From a virus: DNA of 58,356 nucleotides. The translations under genes were made by a program, and so were the position numbers. Positions 16,349 through 25,573 of this stretch are shown piece by piece; within the stretch, counting starts at the first letter, position 1, and the number at the start of each line of letters is the position of its first letter. Under the pieces are notes generated by a model. That model was not told the origin of the DNA and did not search any database. It saw only the letters and a program-made list of their open reading frames with translations. The DNA is taken from positions 1 to 58,356 of the IMG/VR virus record IMGVR_UViG_3300029563_000007, one strand, 5' to 3'.

Positions 16349-19300
16349 GCGTGGAATTAGATTCATTAGAAGTCAAAATTACCGGTACTGCCACTAAAGC
16401 TATCAATTCTGTTGATAAACTGATAAATCAGCTTACAAGGCTGTCAACATCACTTGCGACTGTAAATGGTTCATCATTAAGCAGTCTTGCGAGCGGTGTT
16501 AGTCAGTTAGGTTCTGCTATGCAGAATATGAACGCAGGGACAGCAGATTTTACCCGACTTGCTAAGAACATCACAAAGATAGGTTCTGTTGATTCGGTTG
16601 CACTAACTAACACAGCTACATCACTTCAAGCTGTCACAAAGGCAGTTGCAAGCATATCAGCTATTCCGCAAAATGCAACACAGGTCACAGAATTTGCAAA
16701 GTCACTTGGTAAGCTAGGCAGTAAGAGTATAGAAAATGCCGTTGTAAACATTCCAAAGCTAGGCAATGCTTTAAATGGCTTAATGACAACGCTATCAAGA
16801 GCACCAACAGTAAGTCAGAATGTTATTCAAATGACTAACGCATTGGCTAATCTTGCTAGTCAAGGTAGCAAGGTGGGTACTTCTTCAAACTCACTTCAAA
16901 AGTCACTGTATGGCGTTTCTACGAGCGTCAGGACAGCGACTAAGAGCAGTTGGAACTTGGCAAGTGCAATAGGTAAGTTTTATGCCACTTATTTTATGGT
17001 AATTCGTGGCAGTAAGAAACTTATAGAAGCCATCAAGTCAACAACAGATTACATTGAAGCGTTCAACTATCAAGCGGTTGCGTTTGGTAAGATTGGTTCA
17101 GAGTGGGATAAAGATTACGAAAAGTACGGATATGATAACGCAACAGCATATGCAGAGAGCTTCCAAAGCAGAGTAAACGATACTCTCGGAAAGCTGTCTG
17201 GTTTAAAAGTTAATGTTCAAGGTGGCTTGCTTGAAGAAAGTGGAGCAAAGAACTTAGGACTTAACATACAAGAGATAACACAGTATGCTTCGCAGTTAGC
17301 TTCTGTCACTAACTCATTAGGACAGACAGGCGAAGCGACAACGGCAATAACAAAGTCAATGACAATGCTTGCAGGCGATATAAGCTCACTTTTTAACGTG
17401 GACTATTCAACAGTAGCACAGAACTTACAAAGCGGTTTAATCGGACAATCGAGGGCATTGTACAAGTATGGTATTGATATTACCAATGCTACATTAGCGA
17501 CGTATGCTTACAACTTAGGCATTTCTAAGTCGGTGTCTGAAATGACACAGATGGAAAAACAACAGTTAAGAGTGTTGGCAATATTAGACCAGAGTAAAGT
17601 ATCTTGGGGCGATTTAGCCAATACGATTAACAGTCCATCAAATATGTTACGACAGTTCAGCAACAATATGAAAGAGGTAGGAATGGTAGCAGGACAGCTA
17701 TTTATTCCAATTCTTTCAAAGGTTATGCCAATAGTAAACGGAGTAGCTATTGCAATCAAAAGATTATTAGTCAGCCTCGCTTCTTTAATGGGCGTTAAGA
17801 TTGACTTTGAGAGCTTCGGACAAAGTGGCTATAAAGACACATCAGACGGCTTAGAAGATATTTCAGATGGCTACCAAGATGTAGCTGATTCAGCTAAGAA
17901 AGCTACATTATCCCTTATGGGATTTGATGAAATAAATAAATTACAGGACGATACAAGCTCAAGCAAGGGTTCAAGTGGCGGTGGCGGTAGCACTATTGAT
18001 TTGACAGACGATATTGCTAAGGCGGCGGCAGAATATGAAGCGGCGTGGAATAAAGCGTTTGCCAATATGGAAAATTCGGCAGTTGCCTGGGCTGACAGAA
18101 TAGAGAAAACACTCGAACCTGTTAAACAGATTTTTAAAGATTTTGCAGTTGGTGATTTCTTTAAGGCGGGGCAAGATACATCTAACCTAGTGGCAGGAAT
18201 TTTTGATTGGTTTGCAAAAGCTATAGATGATGTTCCGTGGTTTAAAATCGGTCAGAAAATGGGAGATTTCCTTGCAGGCATTAATTGGACTAAGGTGTTT
18301 AAATCGGCGGCTAAAGTGCTTGTACAAGGCTTAAAAGCGGCTATTGAATTATACTTAGGTATGCTATCTAAAGCACCTATAGAAACACTTCTTATATCGC
18401 TTGTGGCAGTCCCTAAAGTACTTAAGGCGATAGGCGGTTCAGCAGTTGTAGCTAGTATAGTAAAAACGTACAAGACACTTGATAAATTTGCAACAACAGT
18501 AGCGGCGGCAACAGGCGCACTTAATGGAAATAAAGCGGCGGCTTCGGCACTAACATTTATGTACCCAAAGGCGGCTAAAACTGTAACTGATGTTAATAAA
18601 ACCTTTAATGCCCTTAAAACATCTTTAAATGACAATGGCTTTTTCGCTACATTTAATGAGGGGATTGAAACTATTAGAGGCAAAATGTCAGCATTGCAGA
18701 AAAGTGCAATAGGCGTTATAGGTGTATTTGCAGAGTTTTCGCTTGTTAAGAGCGGCTTTTATGAATTGGCGGTAGGAAGTGATAACCTTGTAGTTTCTAT
18801 TGCTAAAATAGCAGGCGGCGTAGGCGTAGCAACGGCGGCGTTAAAACTCATAGGCTTATCAAACCCATTCACAGCATTAATAGTGGGTGCTACTGGCTTA
18901 ATATCGTCAATAGTGGGTATCTCACAAGCTGTAAAAGAAGCAGAATTTAATAGTATGTTTACAGCATTGCAAGATACTGGAACTGTCACAATGAAAGAAT
19001 TAGGCGATGTAGCCAAAGACTCTTTTGGAAAAATAACAGATGGTATAACTGAAACCACAGACAAACTTAAAAATATATCAGAAGCAAAAGAAAATCTTGA
19101 AGAAACAACAGATAATGTAAATCTTTTAAAAACAGCGGTTGAAGATGGAGCATACACGACTAATGAAAAAATGCCGGAAATTATAGAACAATTCCAAAAC
19201 TTATTAAGTGAATCTAAAAATGTATTCAATGATGAATATGATGTTATCGTTGGTAATGTTGTAGGTGCTTGGAAAGATATTCTTGAAGCGCAAGGCGTTG

Positions 19301-20943
19301 CAATTCCAGAGTATGTGGCACAATTAGCAAGTTTACGCGACAAAGGAAATGAATCGTTTACAAGTATGAGTTCAGATTTAGAAACACTTATACAGCAGTT
19401 TAATGATGGGAAAATATCAGAAGAAGAGTTCTTAAATGCGGCTACGCCTTTAATAGATAAAATATCTTCTATTAATAGTGACAAGTCGGTTGATAATGCG
19501 ACACTTGCTATTCAAGGATTTGGCGGCGCATTAGATATATCACAGTATATGACAGAATCCGGACTTGATGTTCAAAGATTTAGTGAGGCTGTAAATGAAG
19601 TTGTAACAGCGGCACAAAACGGAAAAGATAACCTATCCACATTGGGAACGGAATCGTCACAAGCTATAACGGATATGAGAGATAGGCTTACAGCTTTAGG
19701 AATAGATGCAAGTCAATTTGATTGGTCAAGTTTATATGGTGCTAGTGATACGCAAGTACAACAAGGCACAGAGAGAATAGACGCGGCATATATGCAATAT
19801 GCTAATCAAGTACAGTATAACTTGCTCAATCAACTTCCATCAGTAGTTGAAGAAGCAACAAAAGACTATGAAAACCTAAACCCAATAGCTAAAATATTCA
19901 CAACAAAAGAAAACTATATTAAAAGTGTTATTGAGAAATGGCGTAAAAGCACATTAGACCCAGCACTTGATTCTGTTAAAGATGGCTTTAATCAGTTAGG
20001 AATAGACGGAAGCGTGTACGCTGATGAAGCGGCAGACAAGCTCACAACATCGCTATTTGATAGTATTAGAGTTTATTCCAATGTTGGTGTTAACAACACA
20101 AAGCCTAAACTTAAGGAAGATTGGCAAGAAATGCTTGATTCTGCTTTAAATGAAGCAGGAGAAGCAGTAGACGTAGAGGGCTATGGAAGAAATACAGTAG
20201 ATGGCTTTGTTAACGGAATTGTTGATAATGTTAATAAAAGCAACAATGCTGTAAGAGATTGGATGGATGAATTAGATAGAAATATTCACGATAGTGCAAT
20301 GAATTTTGGTTCACCATCAAGGCGTGCGGAAGAATACGGAAGATGGGTTGTTGAGGGTTTTAACAATGGTTTATCTGACAATTTAAGTAGCACATATAGC
20401 GCGATTGATGATTACGTTAACAATGTTAAATCGAGCTTTGATGGCATATATGATTCATTATGGGATATAGGTCATTATGCAGGCAGAGGTTTCTATGATG
20501 GCTTAGAAAGTATGGAAAACAGTATTTTTAGCGAAGCTAGATACATCGCAGATAACGTATCTGATACAATAAGAGATGCCTTAGACATTCATAGTCCATC
20601 AAGAGTTATGAAACAGATAGGTGAATACACGATAGAGGGCTTCAAACAAGGTATGGAGCTTAATTACAAACCTGTTGAGGTTTCTTTAAGCGACTTTACT
20701 AGCGATATTATTCAAAGCACAAAAGCAAGTAAATTTAATGCAAATACTAGCATACCTACAATGCCACAAATTAATATGGATAATAGCGCCACAACAGAAA
20801 CTAATATGTTATTAAGGCAACTAATATACGCTGTTGAAAATGGAAGAACAATAGAAATTGATGGACAAGAGATATTCAGAGTTACACAAAAGCAAGCAAA
20901 TATGTACACAGCAATGACTGGGTTACCTGCATATAATATATAA
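16345..20943 (+). CDS. tape measure protein
   Basis: 1532 aa, helical/Ala-Ser-rich with hydrophobic central segments, canonical position. Confidence 0.9.
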   Translation: MSVELDSLEVKITGTATKAINSVDKLINQLTRLSTSLATVNGSSLSSLASGVSQLGSAMQNMNAGTADFTRLAKNITKIGSVDSVALTNTATSLQAVTKAVASISAIPQNATQVTEFAKSLGKLGSKSIENAVVNIPKLGNALNGLMTTLSRAPTVSQNVIQMTNALANLASQGSKVGTSSNSLQKSLYGVSTSVRTATKSSWNLASAIGKFYATYFMVIRGSKKLIEAIKSTTDYIEAFNYQAVAFGKIGSEWDKDYEKYGYDNATAYAESFQSRVNDTLGKLSGLKVNVQGGLLEESGAKNLGLNIQEITQYASQLASVTNSLGQTGEATTAITKSMTMLAGDISSLFNVDYSTVAQNLQSGLIGQSRALYKYGIDITNATLATYAYNLGISKSVSEMTQMEKQQLRVLAILDQSKVSWGDLANTINSPSNMLRQFSNNMKEVGMVAGQLFIPILSKVMPIVNGVAIAIKRLLVSLASLMGVKIDFESFGQSGYKDTSDGLEDISDGYQDVADSAKKATLSLMGFDEINKLQDDTSSSKGSSGGGGSTIDLTDDIAKAAAEYEAAWNKAFANMENSAVAWADRIEKTLEPVKQIFKDFAVGDFFKAGQDTSNLVAGIFDWFAKAIDDVPWFKIGQKMGDFLAGINWTKVFKSAAKVLVQGLKAAIELYLGMLSKAPIETLLISLVAVPKVLKAIGGSAVVASIVKTYKTLDKFATTVAAATGALNGNKAAASALTFMYPKAAKTVTDVNKTFNALKTSLNDNGFFATFNEGIETIRGKMSALQKSAIGVIGVFAEFSLVKSGFYELAVGSDNLVVSIAKIAGGVGVATAALKLIGLSNPFTALIVGATGLISSIVGISQAVKEAEFNSMFTALQDTGTVTMKELGDVAKDSFGKITDGITETTDKLKNISEAKENLEETTDNVNLLKTAVEDGAYTTNEKMPEIIEQFQNLLSESKNVFNDEYDVIVGNVVGAWKDILEAQGVAIPEYVAQLASLRDKGNESFTSMSSDLETLIQQFNDGKISEEEFLNAATPLIDKISSINSDKSVDNATLAIQGFGGALDISQYMTESGLDVQRFSEAVNEVVTAAQNGKDNLSTLGTESSQAITDMRDRLTALGIDASQFDWSSLYGASDTQVQQGTERIDAAYMQYANQVQYNLLNQLPSVVEEATKDYENLNPIAKIFTTKENYIKSVIEKWRKSTLDPALDSVKDGFNQLGIDGSVYADEAADKLTTSLFDSIRVYSNVGVNNTKPKLKEDWQEMLDSALNEAGEAVDVEGYGRNTVDGFVNGIVDNVNKSNNAVRDWMDELDRNIHDSAMNFGSPSRRAEEYGRWVVEGFNNGLSDNLSSTYSAIDDYVNNVKSSFDGIYDSLWDIGHYAGRGFYDGLESMENSIFSEARYIADNVSDTIRDALDIHSPSRVMKQIGEYTIEGFKQGMELNYKPVEVSLSDFTSDIIQSTKASKFNANTSIPTMPQINMDNSATTETNMLLRQLIYAVENGRTIEIDGQEIFRVTQKQANMYTAMTGLPAYNI

Positions 20944-21005
20944 TTGAATTTAATACAATGTTGTGATACACTCTAACCATTAGGATAGCAAGGGGGTGTA
21001 TCACA

Positions 21006-21344
21006 ATGAAAAGGAAAGCGATATGCTTAATTATTTGGGTGTTATTATCTGCGACTTTTATATGGTATCTACAGGATAGCGGCAGAAGAACAGGCAGTAA
21101 AATTCAAGATTATTTGGAGTTTTGCACAGAGAAAAATGAAAAAGGTACAGAAACAAGCGCGGAAGTATCAACACGAAACTTTATAAATGAAGAGCTTTAT
21201 AATATGTCTGAATGGTTTCGGAGAGAAGATTTATCCCTTGGATTCGTTATAGTGATATATGTTAGTGGAACAATGGTATGTTGCTATTTTGGAAATAAAA
21301 AGGAAAGGGAAAAGCAATATGGAGATAAGCAAAGCGGGAATTAA
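21006..21344 (+). CDS. membrane protein (2 predicted TM segments)
   Basis: 112 aa; ICLIIWVLLSATFIWYL and LGFVIVIYVSGTMVCCYF hydrophobic segments; first gene of an island between tape measure and distal tail genes. Confidence 0.55.
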   Translation: MKRKAICLIIWVLLSATFIWYLQDSGRRTGSKIQDYLEFCTEKNEKGTETSAEVSTRNFINEELYNMSEWFRREDLSLGFVIVIYVSGTMVCCYFGNKKEREKQYGDKQSGN

Positions 21345-22041
21345 AGCTCATGCACTTATAACGGCGCAAGAACGTAATATACAAAGTGATATTCAAGATT
21401 GGAATAACTCAATATTAATTGTTGATAATATATATGAGGCTATTAATAAAATTGACAGTGACTATGCTAAAATGCTTAGTGGGAAAGAATTTGGGCTAGT
21501 GTACCCAACGATTAATAATCAATTTGAAGTATACATTAAGTATGGCAATGATTTAGTAAATATGATATCAACAACACATCATGAATTAACTCATATTGAT
21601 GACTTTACTATCATTGGAGAAAAATTCGGGATAAAGAACAAAAGAGAATTGACCGAAAATGATTATATAAGGCTTTGGTCTGAATTTCATGCAACGTACA
21701 TTTCAATGACAGAAATATTGAAGTACAATGAAAAATATGATTACCCAGCGATTAAAAAAGAAACAACAGACAAGTTAATTAATTATTACAATAGTTGCAC
21801 AGGAAAAATGGTGAAACAGCAAGACGTTTTCGACACTACTGTTAGAAATTATGGAATTTTTTTTGCAATATGTGATTATGGAAAAACGAAAGATAATCCA
21901 CCACCAGAATATATTAGAGGATTTAATTATTTTGCAGTATACGCCTTTTTAAATCAGCATAAGGATATTTATAAGTTTATTGATGATTACAATACATGGA
22001 AAGTGTTAGTTAATAGAACTTTAAGAATAAAAAGTAAATAG
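21319..22041 (+). CDS. HExxH-motif putative metallopeptidase
   Basis: ATG 21319 (MEISKAGIK...), motif STTHHELTHIDDF; family not recognised. Confidence 0.5.
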   Translation: MEISKAGIKAHALITAQERNIQSDIQDWNNSILIVDNIYEAINKIDSDYAKMLSGKEFGLVYPTINNQFEVYIKYGNDLVNMISTTHHELTHIDDFTIIGEKFGIKNKRELTENDYIRLWSEFHATYISMTEILKYNEKYDYPAIKKETTDKLINYYNSCTGKMVKQQDVFDTTVRNYGIFFAICDYGKTKDNPPPEYIRGFNYFAVYAFLNQHKDIYKFIDDYNTWKVLVNRTLRIKSK

Positions 22042-22258
22042 CTTACAGGCAGGATTTTTTACAGGTGTCGTTAAGAATAAGAGCGAATACGGCAAAGAAA
22101 AAATATACATATATTTTTCAAAAGATTTTAATTTAAAAAGCGGAAACTATAAAGCTGGCGATAAAATAACTGCATATGGCTTGATTGTTAATTGCAAAAA
22201 CAATGGAGCTGGCAGTTATAACAGTATTAGCTTTATACCACGTTTTATAGAAAAATAA
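22031..22258 (+). pseudogene. start-less 75-codon open frame (gene remnant or frameshifted C-terminus)
   Basis: Open frame ...GFFTGVVKNKSEYGKEKIYIYFSKDFNLKSGNYKAGDKITAYGLIVNCKNNGAGSYNSISFIPRFIEK* with no ATG/GTG near its 5' end; +1 relative to the 21319 gene. Confidence 0.35.
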
Positions 22259-22265
22259 TCCCTTA

Positions 22266-22299
22266 ATGGAGCGTATCTTTCGGTGCGTTCCATTTTTTA
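22266..22299 (+). terminator. rho-independent terminator
   Basis: ATGGAGCG / GCGTTCCAT stem followed by TTTTTT. Confidence 0.65.
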
Positions 22300-22310
22300 T
22301 TAAAAAGTGC

Positions 22311-22363
22311 TTGACAATTATTGCAAGGGCAGTTATTATAATAGCATAAATATTGCAAGGGCA
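22311..22363 (+). promoter_or_regulatory. promoter with duplicated operator-like repeat ATTGCAAGGGCA
   Basis: TTGACA 22311-16, 17 nt, TATTAT 22334-39; ATTGCAAGGGCA at 22320-31 and 22352-63. Confidence 0.55.
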
Positions 22364-22367
22364 ATAA

Positions 22368-22571
22368 TTGAAAGGAGTGATTATTATTAGTCCAGCAGGA
22401 AGACCACATAAGGAAAACCCTAGAAATGTTAATCTTAATATCAGAATAACAAAAGATGAAGCTAATCGTATTCAGAAATGTGCTGATGAATTGAAATTAA
22501 CAAGAACCGACACCATTATGAAAGGTATAGGGTTAGTAGAAAAAGAACTTAAAGACAACAAAAAAGAGTAG
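22368..22571 (+). CDS. ribbon-helix-helix (Arc/Mnt/CopG-like) regulator
   Basis: ...GRPHKENPRNVNLNIRITKDEANRIQKCADELKLTRTDTIMKGI fits an RHH beta-strand plus two helices. Start unclear: TTG 22368 lacks an SD, and SD AAGGAG 22372-77 is followed only by in-frame GTG/ATT codons. Confidence 0.55.
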   Translation: MKGVIIISPAGRPHKENPRNVNLNIRITKDEANRIQKCADELKLTRTDTIMKGIGLVEKELKDNKKE

Positions 22572-22688
22572 CAACAAGTCGGTCAAAACTTTTAGTTGCT
22601 ACTCAAACCACCAATCCGAAAGGAATTGATAAATCTATCATATCAGTTTCTTTCGGAAAATTCAAGAATATTTTCGGAGGAAAAACAA

Positions 22689-22892
22689 ATGAGTAATGTA
22701 GAAATCGTAACAAATATTGACATAGCGTCAGAAATTGCACACGCAACAGTAACAGAAGTTTTAGCAAATATGGAAAACGAAAGAGTTTCATATGTTCTTA
22801 TGGGAGTTTTGCAGCAGATAGAAACCATTCAGGACAATGTTAATAATTTTGATTTAAAGGGACAGGACAAGTCTGCAAAGGAAGTGGCATAA
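22689..22892 (+). CDS. hypothetical small protein
   Basis: SD GGAGG then ATG 22689 (MSNVEIVTNIDIASEIAH...). Confidence 0.5.
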   Translation: MSNVEIVTNIDIASEIAHATVTEVLANMENERVSYVLMGVLQQIETIQDNVNNFDLKGQDKSAKEVA

Positions 22893-22981
22893 TATTATTG
22901 CGTGAGGCATTGTGGGCATATACTCCCACTACGCAATAAGTTCTGTTTTGAGCAAATGATAAATTTGTAGGAGGTAAAATA

Positions 22982-23743
22982 ATGAGTTATAATAATCCAA
23001 CTACAAAAGATGACACTCACAATGAGATTAAGGCACCAATGAACACTAAGAATATTTGCGGCGTAGACTGCTATGAGCAGAATGGCGTTGCTTACTTAAG
23101 ATTGGAAAATGTTGCTAGAGGACTTGGGTTTACCACAACTCAAGTGATTAATGGTAAGGAATATGTAAATATTCGCTGGAACGTTGTAAAACAATATCTT
23201 AATGATATTGGCTTTTTGCAGGAAGTTGCAAAAGACGATTTTATCCCAGAAAACATCTTCTACCGCCTAGCAATGAAAGCCAAAAATGAAACAGCAGAGA
23301 AATTTCAAGCATTAGTAGCTGATGAGATTATTCCGTCAATTCGCAAGAATGGAATATATGCTACCGATAATGTTATTGATGAAATACTGAATAATCCAGA
23401 CTTTGGAATAGAATTATTAACAAAGTTAAAAAAAGAAAGGCAAGCAAGAGTTGAAGCAGAAAGAAAGAACGCTATCTTAACACACGTCAATAAAACATAT
23501 ACAATGACGGAGATTGCTAAAGAGCTGAACTTAAATTCTGCTATTCAACTTAACAAGTTGCTTGCTGATAGAAAAATTCAGTACAATGTCAATGGAACTT
23601 GGGTTCTTTACTCACCATACAGCAGTATGGGATATGAGGAAATTAAACAAGAAATTCTTGACAGTGGTAAAGTAATCTATCATAGACGAATTACCCAACT
23701 TGGAAGAGAATTTATACTGCAATTATTCAATAATGTTGCATAA
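22982..23743 (+). CDS. antirepressor (Bro-N-like N-domain plus KilA-C/ANT-like C-domain)
   Basis: 253 aa; ...LENVARGLGFT..., ETAEKFQALVADEIIPSIRKNGIY, TMTEIAKELNLNSAIQLNKLLADRKIQ. Confidence 0.7.
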   Translation: MSYNNPTTKDDTHNEIKAPMNTKNICGVDCYEQNGVAYLRLENVARGLGFTTTQVINGKEYVNIRWNVVKQYLNDIGFLQEVAKDDFIPENIFYRLAMKAKNETAEKFQALVADEIIPSIRKNGIYATDNVIDEILNNPDFGIELLTKLKKERQARVEAERKNAILTHVNKTYTMTEIAKELNLNSAIQLNKLLADRKIQYNVNGTWVLYSPYSSMGYEEIKQEILDSGKVIYHRRITQLGREFILQLFNNVA

Positions 23744-23970
23744 GTTCTCTTGTGAGATATAATAGCTCAAACAGAAAGAAAATTCAATAGCTGTAAGAAA
23801 TTTACAGCTATAAAAAATCAGAACAAGTTGAATAGACCTGTTCTGATTAGCACATATGAGTACATATAAGTTGCTCACGTCAATAATAACAAATAAATAG
23901 CAAAATGACAAGGACATTTCACTTAATTGTGAGGTGTCCTTTTTGTGTGCTTAGGAAGTGAGGTTTTACT

Positions 23971-24405
23971 ATGAATTTTATACAATACATAAAGCAAGCG
24001 TGGAAAGCTGGCACTAGCGGCGGCACTCCATTAAGTCCAGATAGACTTAACCATATGGAAGATGGAATTAAGAGTAATAATGATATGATAAGTGAACTAA
24101 ACAGCAATATAGCTAATAGTGACATTGAGGGAATATTTAATTACCTAGGTCTTGAATTAATCATATACCACAAATTGGGCATATGTTACCTGCATTCCAG
24201 CGGCAGATTAACTCAAGCATTTCCAAAAGAATGGACCACAATTGGTGAAATAAGCAATATAAATTACAAAGGTTATGGACACTTAGCCGCTAATACTAGT
24301 GGAAAAATAATAAAATTTGCATATATAAATGGAACTCTAAGTGCATATGCACCAAGTTCAACAAATGCGATTGAATATGTACAAGACAGTTGCGTACTTA
24401 TCTGA
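23971..24405 (+). CDS. small tail-fibre-tip / receptor-binding-like protein, expressed variant
   Basis: SD GGAAGTGAGG; N-terminus MNFIQYIKQAWKAGTSGGTPLSPDRLNHMEDGIKSNNDMISELNSN carries the TPL..xLNHMEDGI motif common at fibre N-termini. Confidence 0.55.
   Translation: MNFIQYIKQAWKAGTSGGTPLSPDRLNHMEDGIKSNNDMISELNSNIANSDIEGIFNYLGLELIIYHKLGICYLHSSGRLTQAFPKEWTTIGEISNINYKGYGHLAANTSGKIIKFAYINGTLSAYAPSSTNAIEYVQDSCVLI
24029..24108 (+). repeat. left arm of an 80-bp inverted repeat
   Basis: 71/80 identical to the reverse complement of 24730-24809; perfect 20-bp core AGACTTAACCATATGGAAGA. Confidence 0.85.
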
Positions 24406-24462
24406 ATTAACTATTTACCAATTTTTAATTATTAAACTTTAGGGTAATCAGAAAAAAATAAA

Positions 24463-24783
24463 TTATAAAGCTGTACACAATAAAATTTCCACATAGCCAT
24501 TAAAGTATGTGTTACTACCTGCCCACCCACCAACTTGGCATATATGTCCATCTGATATACCAACCATTGTGTAAGTAATACCAGCATTTCTTCCTAAGTG
24601 TTGCCCACATATACCTATTGCTTTATAGCCGGTAGGTAGCGTGAATTCCTTTTCTATTAGGAACGGCTTGTTAGCTTCAATTACTGCATTATCGTAACTA
24701 ACCTTGATTACTTTAAATAAATTATAAGAATTGCTGTTTAGCTTGCTTATCATATCGTTATTATTCTTAATTCCGTCTTCCAT
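24463..24783 (-). CDS. promoterless alternative C-terminal cassette of the 23971 protein
   Basis: Minus-strand frame stays open upstream of its ATG through the repeat (…SISPDRLNHMEDGIKNNNDMISKLNSN…); no SD before the ATG; C-terminal 89 aa unrelated to variant 1. Confidence 0.5.
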   Translation of the reverse strand: MEDGIKNNNDMISKLNSNSYNLFKVIKVSYDNAVIEANKPFLIEKEFTLPTGYKAIGICGQHLGRNAGITYTMVGISDGHICQVGGWAGSNTYFNGYVEILLCTAL

Positions 24784-24809
24784 ATGGTTAAGTCTGTCTG
24801 GGCTTATTG
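24730..24809 (-). repeat. right arm of the 80-bp inverted repeat
   Basis: See 24029-24108; 5 of 9 differences are synonymous in the shared reading frame. Confidence 0.85.
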
Positions 24810-24838
24810 AAGTAAATATATAGAAAAGAGGTGATTGA

Positions 24839-25210
24839 ATGATAAGCGCTGTAATTATCGAGGGAGTAACATTCCCAGTAGCATATAACGGCTACACATA
24901 CAGTAGAAATAAGATATGGTCTAAAAACACAGGCAGGAACGACTATGGCGAAATGGTAGGCACAATCGTAGCTATCAAAGACAAAGTAGAACTGCAATTA
25001 CCGCCACTTACAGGCGAACAGGCATTGTTACTTGATAATGTGATTAGCGACATAGATAACCCATTCCCAACAGCACAAGTCCTGTTCTTAGGCGGTCAAC
25101 AAAAGGAAATGACAATATACACAGGAGATGTGACATATCCGTATCTCACAAGAGCGAAGAATGAGGACGGATTAATAGTCGGAGCGAAACTAAGCTTAAT
25201 TCAGAAATAA
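24839..25210 (+). CDS. distal-tail region protein
   Basis: 123 aa, SD AGAGGTG; position upstream of the large tail-tip gene. Confidence 0.4.
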   Translation: MISAVIIEGVTFPVAYNGYTYSRNKIWSKNTGRNDYGEMVGTIVAIKDKVELQLPPLTGEQALLLDNVISDIDNPFPTAQVLFLGGQQKEMTIYTGDVTYPYLTRAKNEDGLIVGAKLSLIQK

Positions 25211-25221
25211 GGAGATTAACT

Positions 25222-25548
25222 ATGAAAATAACAGGAAATGAAGTTTTAGCACATTATGAAGCACTTGCAAGTGTAGCACAGCTTAAAATGGGTGGCAGAT
25301 TAGCAGTTGCCATTATGTCTAACATTAAGATGTTAGAGCCACACTTTAAGGCAGTCGTGGAAACGATAGAAAAGATACGCGAGGAAAATAAAGATAACAA
25401 CGATAAGATAAAATCAGAACTTGAAGAACTAGGAGAACAGGAAATAGAAGTATCTGAATACACAAAAGTTGATATAAGCGCATTTGATAGTTGTGAAGCC
25501 ATTGAGCCAGCTAACATTATCGCACTTAGCTTTATGATTAACGATTAA
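25222..25548 (+). CDS. tail-module hypothetical protein
   Basis: 108 aa, SD AAGGAG. Confidence 0.4.
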   Translation: MKITGNEVLAHYEALASVAQLKMGGRLAVAIMSNIKMLEPHFKAVVETIEKIREENKDNNDKIKSELEELGEQEIEVSEYTKVDISAFDSCEAIEPANIIALSFMIND

Positions 25549-25573
25549 TCAGCAGAAAGGAGCAATCCAATAA

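Noticed and set aside
16345-20943. Antisense and alternative-frame track ORFs inside the tape measure gene (17508-17759, 17871-18065, 17971-18174, 18252-18683, 18759-19484, 20712-20909).
   Set aside because: They lie wholly within a 1532-aa gene with strong coding character. They lack SD sequences and have the Ser/Ala/Ile-rich composition expected of antisense reading of that gene. The same applies to most minus-strand track ORFs inside terL, portal, capsid, the ATPase and other large genes.
24029-24809. Diversity-generating retroelement (template/variable repeat pair).
   Set aside because: No reverse transcriptase gene exists in the genome. The repeats are inverted and cover the conserved N-terminal part rather than the variable part. 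The mismatches (T/C, G/A, T/A) are not adenine-specific.
24788-24997. 69-aa minus-strand track ORF overlapping the start of the 24839 gene.
   Set aside because: It is antisense to a well-supported plus-strand gene and in a different frame from the cassette ORF. It has no SD and a Cys/Tyr/Phe-rich composition typical of spurious ORFs in AT-rich DNA.
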